From Rhizobiaceae bacterium (GTDB lineage Bacteria > Pseudomonadota > Alphaproteobacteria > Rhizobiales > Rhizobiaceae), in the NCBI GenBank assembly GCA_965216105.1, contig OZ244147.1:1032764-1096763 (forward strand): a DNA stretch of 64,000 nucleotides, given 5' to 3'. The translations under genes were made by a program, and so were the position numbers. Below are positions 17,994-27,746 of this stretch, one piece after another (the stretch's first letter is position 1; each line of letters starts with the position of its first letter). The notes under the pieces were generated by a model, which worked only from the letters and a program-made list of their open reading frames with translations, searched no databases and was not told the DNA's origin.

Positions 17994-19957
17994 TATTGAT
18001 CTTTAACGCCTCCGGCAAACATTGGGCCACCCCGCCAGCGCGGGAAGCCATAGCCGAGGATCATTACCATGTCGATATCGGCGGCTGTGCGCGCGATCCC
18101 TTCAGCCAGTATGTTCTTGCCTTCTGTTGTCATTGCCTGAAGTATCCTGTTCTGGATTTCTTCCTCGGTGAAAGAGCGTGGTGAAATACCGGCCTTTGCG
18201 CGTTCTTCATCAATAATAGCGGCAACATCGGGATCAGGTTTTCCCTTGCGGCTTCCCTCTTCGTAGAGATACCAGCCCTTGCCCGTTTTCTGTCCGAAAC
18301 GGCCCAGTTCGCAGAGACGGTCAGCGATTTTCACATAGCGCTCGTTCGGATCACGATTGGGTGCCAGGCGTTTCCTGTTGGCCCAGCCTATGTCGAGGCC
18401 GGCCATGTCCTGCATCTCGAAGGGGCCCATTGCCATGCCGAAATTGCGCATGGCGCTGTCGATTTCTGCGGGACTGGCGCCATCTTCAAGCATGTAGTCA
18501 CACTGCTTGCGGTATGAGGCGAGGATCCGGTTGCCTATAAAGCCGTCACATACCCCTGCGAGGACCGGTATCTTGCGCATCCGTTTGGCGAGGGCAAAGC
18601 CGGTGGCCAGAGTTTCGGCGGAAACGGTATCTGTGCGGATGATTTCAAGCAGTTTCATGATGTGGGCCGGAGAAAAGAAATGCAGCCCGATAACCCGCTC
18701 GGGCTTTTCGGCGGTGGCAGCGATCTCGTTTACATCAAGATAGGATGTGTTGGTGGCCAGAATTGCATCCGCCCTGCAATGTTTCTCCAGCGCGTCAAAT
18801 ACCTGTTTCTTGACGGCCATGTCTTCAAAAACCGCTTCCACAACAAGGTCTGCATCCGCCAGGCTTGCATAGTCGCTTGATGCGGTGAATGCCTCTTTCA
18901 GCTTTTCGAGCTTCTCGTCGCTGATCAAACCGCGTTTGTGACTTGCCTCAAGGGTTTTGAAGACGCGGCCCTTTCCGGCATCGGCGGCTTCATCGTCCCG
19001 TTCAACCATTGTAACCGGGATCCCTGCCAGCAACATGGAAGCGGCGATACCGGCGCCCATTGTGCCGCCGCCAATGATGCCGGCTGCCTTGATCTCGAGG
19101 GGGGCAATGTCCTTGAGTTCGTCAATCTTTGCGGTCTGTCGTTCTGCAAAGAAAACATGGCGCAAGGCATTTGACTGGTCGCCGTCGCGCAGTTTCACGA
19201 AGCGTTCGCGTTCGGCCCGCAGTGCGTCTTCCAGCGAAAGGGTACAGGCATCGCGAACAGCAAGTGCCGCCTCGACCGGTGACTGCTGCCCCCGCGCTTT
19301 CTTGCGAATGGCTCCGATCGCCTCTTCCCACTTTTCGTCATTCCATTCAGCGGGCGGGAACGCCGGGCGATCACTCGCGACACTGCTGTCTATGGTCTGC
19401 CGGGCATGGTTTCTGGCGAATGCCTCAAGGTCATCATTGCCTGAAAGGGCGTCAACCAGACCCATTTCAAGTGCTTTTTGTGCCCCGACGGGTTTGCCTG
19501 AGGTGATCATGTCGAGTGCCGCATCAACGCCGATGACCCGTGGCAGGCGAATGGTGCCGCCTGCGCCGGGAATGAGGCCGAGATTGACTTCCGGCAAACC
19601 AAGCCTGGCGTCTGGCACGGCTACCCGGTGGTGGCAACCAAGTGCAACCTCGCAGCCGCCGCCGAGCGCTGTGCCGTGAATGGCCGCTGTCCAGGGCTTG
19701 CTGCATGCCTCAATCGCATTGATGACGTCCGGAAGATGGGGTTCCTTCGGGGGGTGGCCGAATTCCCGGATATCCGCACCTGCGATGAAGGTACGTCCCT
19801 TGCACAGAAGAACTGCAGCCTTGACTGCATCATTGCTCTCGATTTCGCGCACGGCATTCATCAGGCCTTCCCTGACGGCATGGGAAAGGGCATTCACGGG
19901 CGGATTGTCCACCTGCACGATGGCAAGCGGCGCTTCGACAGAAACGGTGACGGTCAA
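17993..19957 (-). CDS. Bifunctional enoyl-CoA hydratase / 3-hydroxyacyl-CoA dehydrogenase (FadJ/FadB-like)
   Basis: 654 aa. N-terminal crotonase fold. Central Rossmann motif IIGGGTMGAGIA. C-terminal HADH domains. TTG start 6 nt after a GGAGG that lies inside the end of moaA. Confidence 0.9.
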   Translation of the reverse strand: MTVTVSVEAPLAIVQVDNPPVNALSHAVREGLMNAVREIESNDAVKAAVLLCKGRTFIAGADIREFGHPPKEPHLPDVINAIEACSKPWTAAIHGTALGGGCEVALGCHHRVAVPDARLGLPEVNLGLIPGAGGTIRLPRVIGVDAALDMITSGKPVGAQKALEMGLVDALSGNDDLEAFARNHARQTIDSSVASDRPAFPPAEWNDEKWEEAIGAIRKKARGQQSPVEAALAVRDACTLSLEDALRAERERFVKLRDGDQSNALRHVFFAERQTAKIDELKDIAPLEIKAAGIIGGGTMGAGIAASMLLAGIPVTMVERDDEAADAGKGRVFKTLEASHKRGLISDEKLEKLKEAFTASSDYASLADADLVVEAVFEDMAVKKQVFDALEKHCRADAILATNTSYLDVNEIAATAEKPERVIGLHFFSPAHIMKLLEIIRTDTVSAETLATGFALAKRMRKIPVLAGVCDGFIGNRILASYRKQCDYMLEDGASPAEIDSAMRNFGMAMGPFEMQDMAGLDIGWANRKRLAPNRDPNERYVKIADRLCELGRFGQKTGKGWYLYEEGSRKGKPDPDVAAIIDEERAKAGISPRSFTEEEIQNRILQAMTTEGKNILAEGIARTAADIDMVMILGYGFPRWRGGPMFAGGVKDQ

Positions 19958-19958
19958 G

Positions 19959-20975
19959 TCAGCCTCCAGTTGTACTCATGTGACGGGAAACGGACGGCGT
20001 AGAATCGCGTCCGATGATAAAATCATGACCCTTTGGCTTTCTGGCAATGGCTTCATCAATTGCCTGGCTTACCAGATCATTGGCTTCCGACTGGCGCAGG
20101 GGTGCGCGCAGGTCTGCTGCATCATCCTGTCCAAGACACATGTACAGTGTACCTGTACATGTCAGCCGAACGCGATTGCAGCTTTCGCAGAAATTGTGGG
20201 TCATTGGGGTGATAAAGCCGAGACGACCACCGGTTTCAGAAACCTTCACATAACGGGCTGGCCCGCCGGTTTTGTACGGGATGTCCAGCAAAGAATATTT
20301 CTCTTCCAAGCGGCTGCGTACCGTGGAAAGCGGCAGATACTGGTCTGTCCGGTCTTCATCGATTTCACCAAGCGGCATGGTCTCGATCAGGGTAAAGTCA
20401 AACCCCTGTCCGTGAGCCCATTTCATCATGTCCTCGATCTCGTGCTCGTTGACGCCTTTCAGGGCAACGGCATTGATCTTGATGGCAAGACCTGCCTTTC
20501 TGGCGCTCTCGAGGCCGGCCATGACCTGCGGCAGGCGGCCCCACCGGGTGATCCTGGCAAATTTTTCTTCATCGAGCGTATCAATGGATACATTGATGCG
20601 GCGTACACCGGCATCGACCAGCTCGCAGGAATAGCGGGCCAGTTGCGAGCCGTTGGTTGTCAGGGTCAGTTCATCAAGGCCGCCGCCATCAAGCATTTTT
20701 CCAAGATTGCGGATCAGTCCCATTACCCCGCGGCGCACCAGCGGCTCACCACCGGTCAGGCGGAGCTTGCGGACGCCCTTTTCCACGAATACTGCACAAA
20801 GCCGTTCAAGTTCCTCCAGCGTCAGCAGTTCCTTTTTCGGCAAGAAGGTCATGTCTTCCGCCATGCAGTAAACACAGCGGAAATCGCAACGGTCTGTTAC
20901 GGAAACGCGTAAATACTCAACCATTCTTCCAAACGGATCGATGATTGAGGGGCTGGCAGTCGATGGTTGTGTCAT
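19959..20975 (-). CDS. moaA: GTP 3',8-cyclase (molybdenum cofactor biosynthesis protein A)
   Basis: 338 aa. Radical SAM motif [10 protein letters not shown]-terminal second-cluster region [20 protein letters not shown]. Confidence 0.95.
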   Translation of the reverse strand: MTQPSTASPSIIDPFGRMVEYLRVSVTDRCDFRCVYCMAEDMTFLPKKELLTLEELERLCAVFVEKGVRKLRLTGGEPLVRRGVMGLIRNLGKMLDGGGLDELTLTTNGSQLARYSCELVDAGVRRINVSIDTLDEEKFARITRWGRLPQVMAGLESARKAGLAIKINAVALKGVNEHEIEDMMKWAHGQGFDFTLIETMPLGEIDEDRTDQYLPLSTVRSRLEEKYSLLDIPYKTGGPARYVKVSETGGRLGFITPMTHNFCESCNRVRLTCTGTLYMCLGQDDAADLRAPLRQSEANDLVSQAIDEAIARKPKGHDFIIGRDSTPSVSRHMSTTGG

Positions 20976-21183
20976 GTGTTACCTGTATCAAGCTGTCAGG
21001 GGGTGTGACAAGCAGGAGTTTGTCGTAGTGCCAATCCGCTGTCCAATCACCGAAAATTCAGAAGACGACAGTTTCGGCGGTGAAAAGCGACATTCGACTT
21101 CGCAAATCAAGATTGCGAGCCGTTTCAACCGGGTTCAATCTTGCGTTTCCGATCAATTTTTCCATCCGGGGAGGGAGGGGAAA

Positions 21184-22740
21184 ATGGCAGAAGAAACGGT
21201 GAAATCCGGCAGGCGTGCAGGCGGCAGGAATGCCCGGGTGGCGCTCCGTTCACAAAAACTTTCCGAGGAATTGCGGCCGATACATGCCGGTCTGGTTGGC
21301 GGACAGTACAAACCACTGACCGAAGCGGCTGTGCAGCGTATCCATGAAGCCGCGCTGGATGCGCTGGAGAATATCGGTCTTGGCGATGCACCGGAATCGG
21401 GTATTGCCATCATGACCGAGGCCGGTGCGGTTCATGGAGAAGATGGGCGGTTGCGGTTTCCCCGTTCGCTTGTCGAGGATGTACTGGCGATTGCAGCGCG
21501 GGATATCACGCTTCATGCTCGCGACCCGAAACATGATCTCCAGTTGTCCGGAAACCGCGTTCATTTCGGAACTGCCGGTGCAGCGGTCCATATTGTTGAT
21601 ATCGAGAACAATGATTACCGGGAATCCACCCTTCAGGATCTTTATAATTCCGCACGCATAACCGACCAGCTGGACAATGTGCATTTTTTCCAGCGCACAA
21701 TGGTTGCCAGGGACATTGCCGACAATCTCGAACTGGATGTGAATACCGTTTACGCTTCGTGTGCGGGCACAATGAAGCATGTCGGCACCAGCATTTTTGA
21801 TCCGGACTATGCACGCCCCTGTCTTGAATTGCTGCACATGATCGCCGGAAGCGAGGAAGCATGGCGAGCAAGGCCGTTCGTTTCCAATTCGAACTGTTTT
21901 GTCGTGCCGCCCATGAAGTTTGCAACCGAATCCTGCCGGGTGATGGAGGAATGCGTTCTCGGCGGCATGCCGGTTCTCCTGCTTTCTGCGGGGCAGGCGG
22001 GAGCAACAGCACCGGCTCCCCTTGCCACCTCCATCGTACAGGCCGTGGCCGAGTGTCTCGCCGGTCTTGTGTATGTCAATGCTCTCAAACCGGGGCATCC
22101 GGCAATTTTCGGTACGTGGCCGTTTGTCTCTGACCTGCGGACAGGTGCGATGTCGGGTGGTTCGGGCGAGCAGGCCCTGCTGAGTGCCGGATGCGCGCAA
22201 ATGCACCAGTTCTATGATTTGCCAGGTGGTGCAGCAGCGGGCATTGCAGATTCAAAAATGCCGGACATGCAGGCAGGCTGGGAGCAGGGAATTTCCAACG
22301 TCATGGCCGGCCTTTCAGGCCTGAACATGGTTTATGAAAGTGTTGGCATGCATGCTTCACTTCTGGGCTTTTGTCTGGAATCCCTCATTCTTGGCGATGA
22401 TTTGCTCGGGCAGGTTCAGCGTTGTGTGAAAGGCATCGAGGTAACCGAGGACAGCGTGTCACTTGAAGCAATGCGCAGCGTATGTCTTGGCGGGCCGGGT
22501 CATTATCTCGGACATGAGCAGACCCTGTCACTGATGCAGACGGAATATGTCTATCCCACACTTGCTGACCGGACATCACCCAAGGAATGGGCGGAGATCG
22601 GCAAACCGGAACTGATCGTCAAAGCCATTGAGCGGAAACGGTCAATTCTGGACGGTTCCGGACCATTCCACATCGACCCCGATACGGATGCAAGGATACG
22701 CGAGCGCTTCACGATACATCTGCCCGCCCCCCGGGGCTGA
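21184..22740 (+). CDS. MttB-superfamily (non-pyrrolysine) methyltransferase, probably acting on a quaternary amine/betaine
   Basis: Start at ATG 21184 after GGGAGGGAGGGG. Arg-rich N-terminus MAEETVKSGRRAGGRNARVALRSQKL, typical of alphaproteobacterial MttB homologues. 518 aa with no in-frame stop. Confidence 0.85.
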   Translation: MAEETVKSGRRAGGRNARVALRSQKLSEELRPIHAGLVGGQYKPLTEAAVQRIHEAALDALENIGLGDAPESGIAIMTEAGAVHGEDGRLRFPRSLVEDVLAIAARDITLHARDPKHDLQLSGNRVHFGTAGAAVHIVDIENNDYRESTLQDLYNSARITDQLDNVHFFQRTMVARDIADNLELDVNTVYASCAGTMKHVGTSIFDPDYARPCLELLHMIAGSEEAWRARPFVSNSNCFVVPPMKFATESCRVMEECVLGGMPVLLLSAGQAGATAPAPLATSIVQAVAECLAGLVYVNALKPGHPAIFGTWPFVSDLRTGAMSGGSGEQALLSAGCAQMHQFYDLPGGAAAGIADSKMPDMQAGWEQGISNVMAGLSGLNMVYESVGMHASLLGFCLESLILGDDLLGQVQRCVKGIEVTEDSVSLEAMRSVCLGGPGHYLGHEQTLSLMQTEYVYPTLADRTSPKEWAEIGKPELIVKAIERKRSILDGSGPFHIDPDTDARIRERFTIHLPAPRG

Positions 22741-23710
22741 CCGGTTCAATCTCCGGCGTCTCATCCGGTTTGCCATACATCCAGCCGAGAACGAGGGGTG
22801 TCAGGAACATGGGCAGTTGGTAACTGGCAATAAACAGCAGAATGGGGTCTGTGACAGCCAGGGGCAGGGCTGCCAGGAATATCGAGTTGTTCCGGTTTCC
22901 TGCTGCAAGGGCGAATGCGGCGCGGCCATTGCCGAGCGCTTCCCGAATGCTCGAAATCCCAAACAGGTACCAGGCCATTATCTGCATTCCGAAATTGGAA
23001 ACGAATGCAGCAGTCAGCATGATTGCAATTTCGAGAACATTGTTTGCAGCCGCGTCCAGAAATCCGGTCATCAGGCCTGATACAATCGTGGCCATGGCAA
23101 TTGCCGACAAGCCGTCCACGGTCTGGCGACCACTGTCGCCGAGGCGGGGAAGCATGAAACGCCTGATCAGCAGGCCGGCACCCGATGCGACGAAGATGAC
23201 GATGAACAGCCGGAAAGCAACGGATGCGACTTCTGCCGGATCCCCAAAGGCGGGCATGATCGTAAAGGCAGGGAAAATGGTCAGTGGCAACAGTGCCGTG
23301 GAAACAAACAGGAGGCGCAATGCAGGACCGGGCCGATGGCCCATCATGATTGTCAGGCTGGGCATTGCGGAAATGGGAGATGCGGAGAAACACAGTACCA
23401 GAGCCACTGCAAGAGGTGTTGAAATGCCTGCTGACACGAAGCCGATTGCCATCAGGCAGGGCAGGGCAATTTGGAAGAACAGAATGAACAGGAATATTGA
23501 ACGCAGGCCCTTCAGGTTGCCGAACACTTCTGAAGGATCAATTCGCAAGGCGCCCAGAAACAGCAATACGGCCACGACATGGCCAACATAGGGGCGGACA
23601 GTGGTCGCAACACCGGGTACAAAAATACCCGCTATCAGGCCGGTGAGAATGAACACGCGGCCATAACGGGCGATAAAATGCAGGATGTTCAACAGTAAGG
23701 ACATGGACAA
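22709..23710 (-). CDS. Bile acid:Na+ symporter (BASS/SBF)-like membrane transporter
   Basis: 333 aa, polytopic. The ...CFSASPISAMPSLTIMMGHRPGPALRLLFVSTALLPL... region resembles the BASS core. Its 3' end overlaps the mttB-like gene by 32 nt (convergent). Confidence 0.55.
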   Translation of the reverse strand: MSMSLLLNILHFIARYGRVFILTGLIAGIFVPGVATTVRPYVGHVVAVLLFLGALRIDPSEVFGNLKGLRSIFLFILFFQIALPCLMAIGFVSAGISTPLAVALVLCFSASPISAMPSLTIMMGHRPGPALRLLFVSTALLPLTIFPAFTIMPAFGDPAEVASVAFRLFIVIFVASGAGLLIRRFMLPRLGDSGRQTVDGLSAIAMATIVSGLMTGFLDAAANNVLEIAIMLTAAFVSNFGMQIMAWYLFGISSIREALGNGRAAFALAAGNRNNSIFLAALPLAVTDPILLFIASYQLPMFLTPLVLGWMYGKPDETPEIEPVSPGGRADVS

Positions 23711-23787
23711 GGGACTCAGTAACTCCCCTTGTTAACATATCAAACAGGCATGTGCTTCAGGTTTTCGGCACCAGTCCGAATTTGTCC

Positions 23788-24006
23788 TTAATCGTACAAA
23801 CTCACCTGGCGAACTTCAGCCTTGTCAGCCCCTTCGATGCATCGTTGTGACAGATCAGGCCAAGACTGGGCACTGCAGGGTGCAGCTATCGTCTGGCGCA
23901 TCTGGTTTGCCTCAGCCTCTGTATTCTGCATGTACATGGACAAGGCAGCAGAAGCGAGAAAGGTCACAATAGCGGCTATAAAAATGTAATCGTTGCGTTT
24001 TTTCAT
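23788..24006 (-). CDS. Small membrane-anchored hypothetical protein
   Basis: 72 aa. AGGA lies 9 nt upstream of the start. N-terminal TM segment (YIFIAAIVTFLASAALSMY) and two Cys residues. No family recognised. Confidence 0.4.
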   Translation of the reverse strand: MKKRNDYIFIAAIVTFLASAALSMYMQNTEAEANQMRQTIAAPCSAQSWPDLSQRCIEGADKAEVRQVSLYD

Positions 24007-24090
24007 GGCGTTTTCCTGCCCCTACAACAAGAAAACCCGCTCAAAGGTTCCACAAGTATCCGGATTTGTCATGCCGGAAAACGGGACGCA

Positions 24091-24993
24091 TCAGGGATGG
24101 GGTCTTGGCCTGCGGTTGACCAGCACAATTCCGACAGCAACCAGAACCAGTGCTGCGACGATTGTCCAGGTTATGGTTTCTCCCAGAAACAACCAGCCGA
24201 ACAATACGCCGAACAGCGGTGACAGAAAGCCGAAGGATGCCATGTCGGAAGCCGGGTAAACGGAGAGGATCCAGAACCAGGTCACGAAGCTGATGCAGAC
24301 AACAACAACGACTTGCAATGCCAGAATGGACCAGTGCATCAGGGTCGGGTCACGAAAGCCCTGTCCGATAAAAATTGCGGCCGGAACGAGAATGATTGCC
24401 GAGACCACAATCTGGTAAAATAGCTGGAGTTCAGGGGTGACGGTTGAAAGCCTGGTGGTTCTGGCTATCAGCGCAATTGCCGCCCAGAATATGGCACCCA
24501 CCAATGCCATCACATCACCCAGGAAAGAAGTTTGCGGATTGCCACCCTGCGGATAAAGGGCGACAGCGACACCGGCGCAGGCCAGCACCAGACCGGCGAA
24601 TTTCACGACACTCATCCGTTCGCCCGGGATGAGAAAATGTGCTCCAAGCGCTACCCAGAACGGCATTGTGTAGAAAAAGATGGTTGTACGCCCGACGGAC
24701 GTCAGTTCGAGGGCGGAAAACAGCAGGGCAAACTCGACCGCAAAACATATGCCGGTGGCGATACCCGGAACAAGAATTGCCCATGACCAGTCAAATGGCT
24801 TGCCGCGGATTGCCATGTATGCGGCCATCAACGGTATTGCAAAAAGGGAACGCAAGCCGGCCTGCATGAGCGGGCTGATTGCTTCATTGACGACCTTTAT
24901 GGCGACCTGGTTGAGACCCAGTGTGATCATGATCGTGACCAGCAGGACAGCCCCAAGGGTATCAATCCGGGTTTTTCGTTCCAAACTTGCCAC
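24091..24993 (-). CDS. EamA/DMT-family transporter
   Basis: 300 aa, ten hydrophobic segments, duplicated EamA architecture. Confidence 0.85.
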   Translation of the reverse strand: MASLERKTRIDTLGAVLLVTIMITLGLNQVAIKVVNEAISPLMQAGLRSLFAIPLMAAYMAIRGKPFDWSWAILVPGIATGICFAVEFALLFSALELTSVGRTTIFFYTMPFWVALGAHFLIPGERMSVVKFAGLVLACAGVAVALYPQGGNPQTSFLGDVMALVGAIFWAAIALIARTTRLSTVTPELQLFYQIVVSAIILVPAAIFIGQGFRDPTLMHWSILALQVVVVVCISFVTWFWILSVYPASDMASFGFLSPLFGVLFGWLFLGETITWTIVAALVLVAVGIVLVNRRPRPHP

Positions 24994-25116
24994 CTTTCTC
25001 CAGAAGCATTCCGGCTTATGCCATGTGCGGCCTCAAGGCAATGCATGAATCGCAATGCAGGAGTTGCAGTTGCCGGGAAACGCGATATGGTTCATGCCGC
25101 ATCAGCGGGGAGAAAC

Positions 25117-25905
25117 ATGACAAGCATACTGACTGAAAAACTGGACGGGGTGGTGCGTCTGACGCTCAACCGCCCGGATAGCCTCAATGCGTTCACGGAC
25201 GAGATGCATCTGCTGTTGCGGGCGCAATTGGAGGAAGCACGGGATGACGATACTTGCCGGGCTATCCTGCTAACCGGTGCCGGCAGGGGATTTTGTGCCG
25301 GCCAGGACCTTGGCGACAGGGACCCGCGCAAGATGGACGGCCCGCCCGATCTCAGCCACACGATAGAAACCTTCTACAACCCGTTGATTCGCCTGATCCG
25401 CAGCATCGAAAAGCCTGTTGTTTGTGCCGTTAACGGCGTAGCGGCGGGGGCTGGTGCAAACATTGCCCTGAATTGCGACATCGTTTTTGCCGCCCGCTCA
25501 GCAAAATTCATTCAGGCCTTTTCCAAAATCGGACTGATTCCCGATAGCGGTGGTACATGGCACTTGCCGCGTCTTGTTGGTGAAGCGCGCGCAAAGGCCC
25601 TCATCATGACGGCTGAACCGCTGATGGCGGAAGAAGCGGAACGTATCGGCATGATCTACAAGTGTGTCGATGATGATGCGCTGGCAGGGGAAGCATCGGC
25701 TTTGGCTGAAAGGCTTGCCAAGGGAGCAACCTTCGGGCTGGGACTTGCGAAGCGTGCACTGAATGCCTCCAGCTCAAACACGTTTGACCAGCAGATTGAT
25801 CTCGAACGTGACCTGCAGCGAGAGGCTGGCCGCAGTCCCGATTATGCGGAAGGTGTGACCGCGTTCATGGAAAAACGGGCCCCTGACTTTACGGGAAAGC
25901 CATGA
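25117..25905 (+). CDS. paaG: Enoyl-CoA hydratase/isomerase, PaaG-like
   Basis: Start at ATG 25117 (MTSILTEKLDGVVRLTLNRPDSLNAF). Crotonase motif GAGRGFCAGQDL. Overlaps the paaI start by 4 nt. Confidence 0.75.
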   Translation: MTSILTEKLDGVVRLTLNRPDSLNAFTDEMHLLLRAQLEEARDDDTCRAILLTGAGRGFCAGQDLGDRDPRKMDGPPDLSHTIETFYNPLIRLIRSIEKPVVCAVNGVAAGAGANIALNCDIVFAARSAKFIQAFSKIGLIPDSGGTWHLPRLVGEARAKALIMTAEPLMAEEAERIGMIYKCVDDDALAGEASALAERLAKGATFGLGLAKRALNASSSNTFDQQIDLERDLQREAGRSPDYAEGVTAFMEKRAPDFTGKP

Positions 25906-26339
25906 GTTCAGACCAGCTTTCACCGGATGATATGGCCCGGGCATGTGCTGACAGCATGTGGTCCACCGATAATGCCAGCAAGGGGCTTGGCATGGAAATA
26001 TTGTGCATTTCCTCAGGCCAGGCGGATCTCAAAATGACGGTGCGTGATGACATGACGAATGGTCACAAGATTTGTCATGGGGGCTTTATCTTTACCCTTG
26101 CCGACAGTGCGTTTGCCTTTGCCTGCAATGGCTACAACCAGTATGCCGTTGCCCAGCGGTGCGGGATTGACTTCATTGCACCTGCTTATGCCGGAGATGA
26201 GCTCACGGCCAAGGCAAGGGAGCGTAACCGTTCAGGCCGGTCAGGCATTTATGATGTGCAGGTTACCAACCAGGACGGGGCAGTGATCGCCGAATTGCGG
26301 GGCAATTCGCGTACCATCAAGGGGCAACATCTGCCATGA
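25902..26339 (+). CDS. paaI: Hydroxyphenylacetyl-CoA thioesterase (hotdog fold), PaaI
   Basis: 145 aa with the CHGGFIFTLADSAFAFACN motif typical of PaaI. Lies between paaG and paaK. Confidence 0.85.
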   Translation: MSSDQLSPDDMARACADSMWSTDNASKGLGMEILCISSGQADLKMTVRDDMTNGHKICHGGFIFTLADSAFAFACNGYNQYAVAQRCGIDFIAPAYAGDELTAKARERNRSGRSGIYDVQVTNQDGAVIAELRGNSRTIKGQHLP

Positions 26340-26396
26340 CATGGTGCTGAATTTTGAGAGGCTGTTCGCGGTCACCAGTGACTGCATGGTGGTGAA

Positions 26397-26408
26397 ACCG
26401 AATTCGGT
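26397..26408. promoter_or_regulatory. Perfect 12-bp palindrome ACCGAATTCGGT upstream of paaK (candidate PaaR/TetR operator)
   Basis: Seen directly, 37 nt upstream of the paaK ATG. Related to ACCAATTGGT at 28411-28420. Confidence 0.4.
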
Positions 26409-26444
26409 AATGAATATCCAGTTTGCTTGTATGGGAGCAATCCA

Positions 26445-27746
26445 ATGAAAGACCTAACCCCGAAAAAATCCGATCTTGATCCGATAGAGATCGCCTCACG
26501 GGATGAAATATCCGCCCTTCAGCTTGAACGTCTCAAGAAGACCCTGGCGCGTGCCTATGAAAACGTTCCGCATTATCGCAAGGCCTTTGACGATGCAGGT
26601 GTTCATCCGGATGATTGCAAGACACTGTCCGACCTTGCCAGGTTTCCCTTCACTGTAAAACAGGATTTGCGAGACAATTATCCGTTCGGCATGTTTGCGG
26701 TGCCGAGGGAAGAGCTTATTCGTGTCCACGCTTCTTCAGGTACTACAGGAAAGCCCACGGTTGTCGGTTATACAAGAAACGATATCGATGTATGGGCAGA
26801 AGTCGTGGCCAGGTCCATGCGGGCTTCGGGCACGCGCCCGGGCGACATTGTTCATGTCGCTTATGGCTACGGCCTGTTTACCGGCGGGCTTGGTGCGCAT
26901 TATGGCGCTGAACGGCTGGGCTGTACGGTCGTGCCGATCTCCGGGGGAATGACACCGCGCCAGGTGACGTTGATCGATGATTTCAAACCTTCGACCATCA
27001 TGGTAACCCCTTCCTACATGCTGGCGATCCTTGACGAGTTTCGTGCGCAGGGCAAGGACCCGCGCGAAAGCTCGCTGGAAGTGGGGATTTTCGGAGCCGA
27101 ACCCTGGACCAATGCCATGCGTGCAGATGTGGAAGCTGCTTTTGACATGCATGCCGTTGATATTTACGGCCTGTCCGAGGTGATCGGTCCGGGCGTTGCC
27201 AATGAATGTGTTGAAACGAAAGACGGTCTTCATGTCTGGGAAGACCATTTTTACCCCGAGATCATCAATCCTGAAACTGGCGCACCTGTCGAAGATGGTG
27301 AACAGGGAGAACTGGTCTTCACTTCGCTGACCAAGGAAGCCTTTCCGATCATACGCTACCGCACCAGGGACCTGACCCGCCTGTTGCCGGGAACTGCCCG
27401 GTCAATGCGGCGCATGGAGAAAATCACCGGGCGGTCCGATGACATGATCATTCTGCGCGGGGTCAATGTCTTTCCCACACAGATCGAGGAACAGATCCTG
27501 AAAGTCGAAGGGCTGGCGCCGCATTACCAGATCGAACTCGTCAAGAACGGCCCGATGGATGCGATGATTGTCCATGTGGAAGCGACGGAGACGACTGCCA
27601 GTGAGGCAGAGCGGGAAGCTTTTGCTGCAAGGCTTGGCGAGCATATCAAGGGTGTCGTCGGGGTGTCGGCGCAAATTGATGTGCGCGTTCCTGGCGGCAT
27701 TGAGCGCTCAATGGGCAAGGCCGTGCGGGTACTCGACAAGCGCTAG
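26445..27746 (+). CDS. paaK: Phenylacetate-CoA ligase
   Basis: Start at ATG 26445 after GGGAGC. MKDLTPKKSDLDPIEIASRDEISALQLERLKKTL... N-terminus. AMP-binding loop SSGTTGKPTVV. Length 433 aa. Confidence 0.92.
   Translation: MKDLTPKKSDLDPIEIASRDEISALQLERLKKTLARAYENVPHYRKAFDDAGVHPDDCKTLSDLARFPFTVKQDLRDNYPFGMFAVPREELIRVHASSGTTGKPTVVGYTRNDIDVWAEVVARSMRASGTRPGDIVHVAYGYGLFTGGLGAHYGAERLGCTVVPISGGMTPRQVTLIDDFKPSTIMVTPSYMLAILDEFRAQGKDPRESSLEVGIFGAEPWTNAMRADVEAAFDMHAVDIYGLSEVIGPGVANECVETKDGLHVWEDHFYPEIINPETGAPVEDGEQGELVFTSLTKEAFPIIRYRTRDLTRLLPGTARSMRRMEKITGRSDDMIILRGVNVFPTQIEEQILKVEGLAPHYQIELVKNGPMDAMIVHVEATETTASEAEREAFAARLGEHIKGVVGVSAQIDVRVPGGIERSMGKAVRVLDKR

Noticed and set aside
20976-21183. Moco riboswitch upstream of moaA
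   Set aside because: I looked for the Moco RNA motif on the minus strand of the moaA 5' region. Only a simple 8-bp inverted repeat is present, and nothing I can align to the motif.
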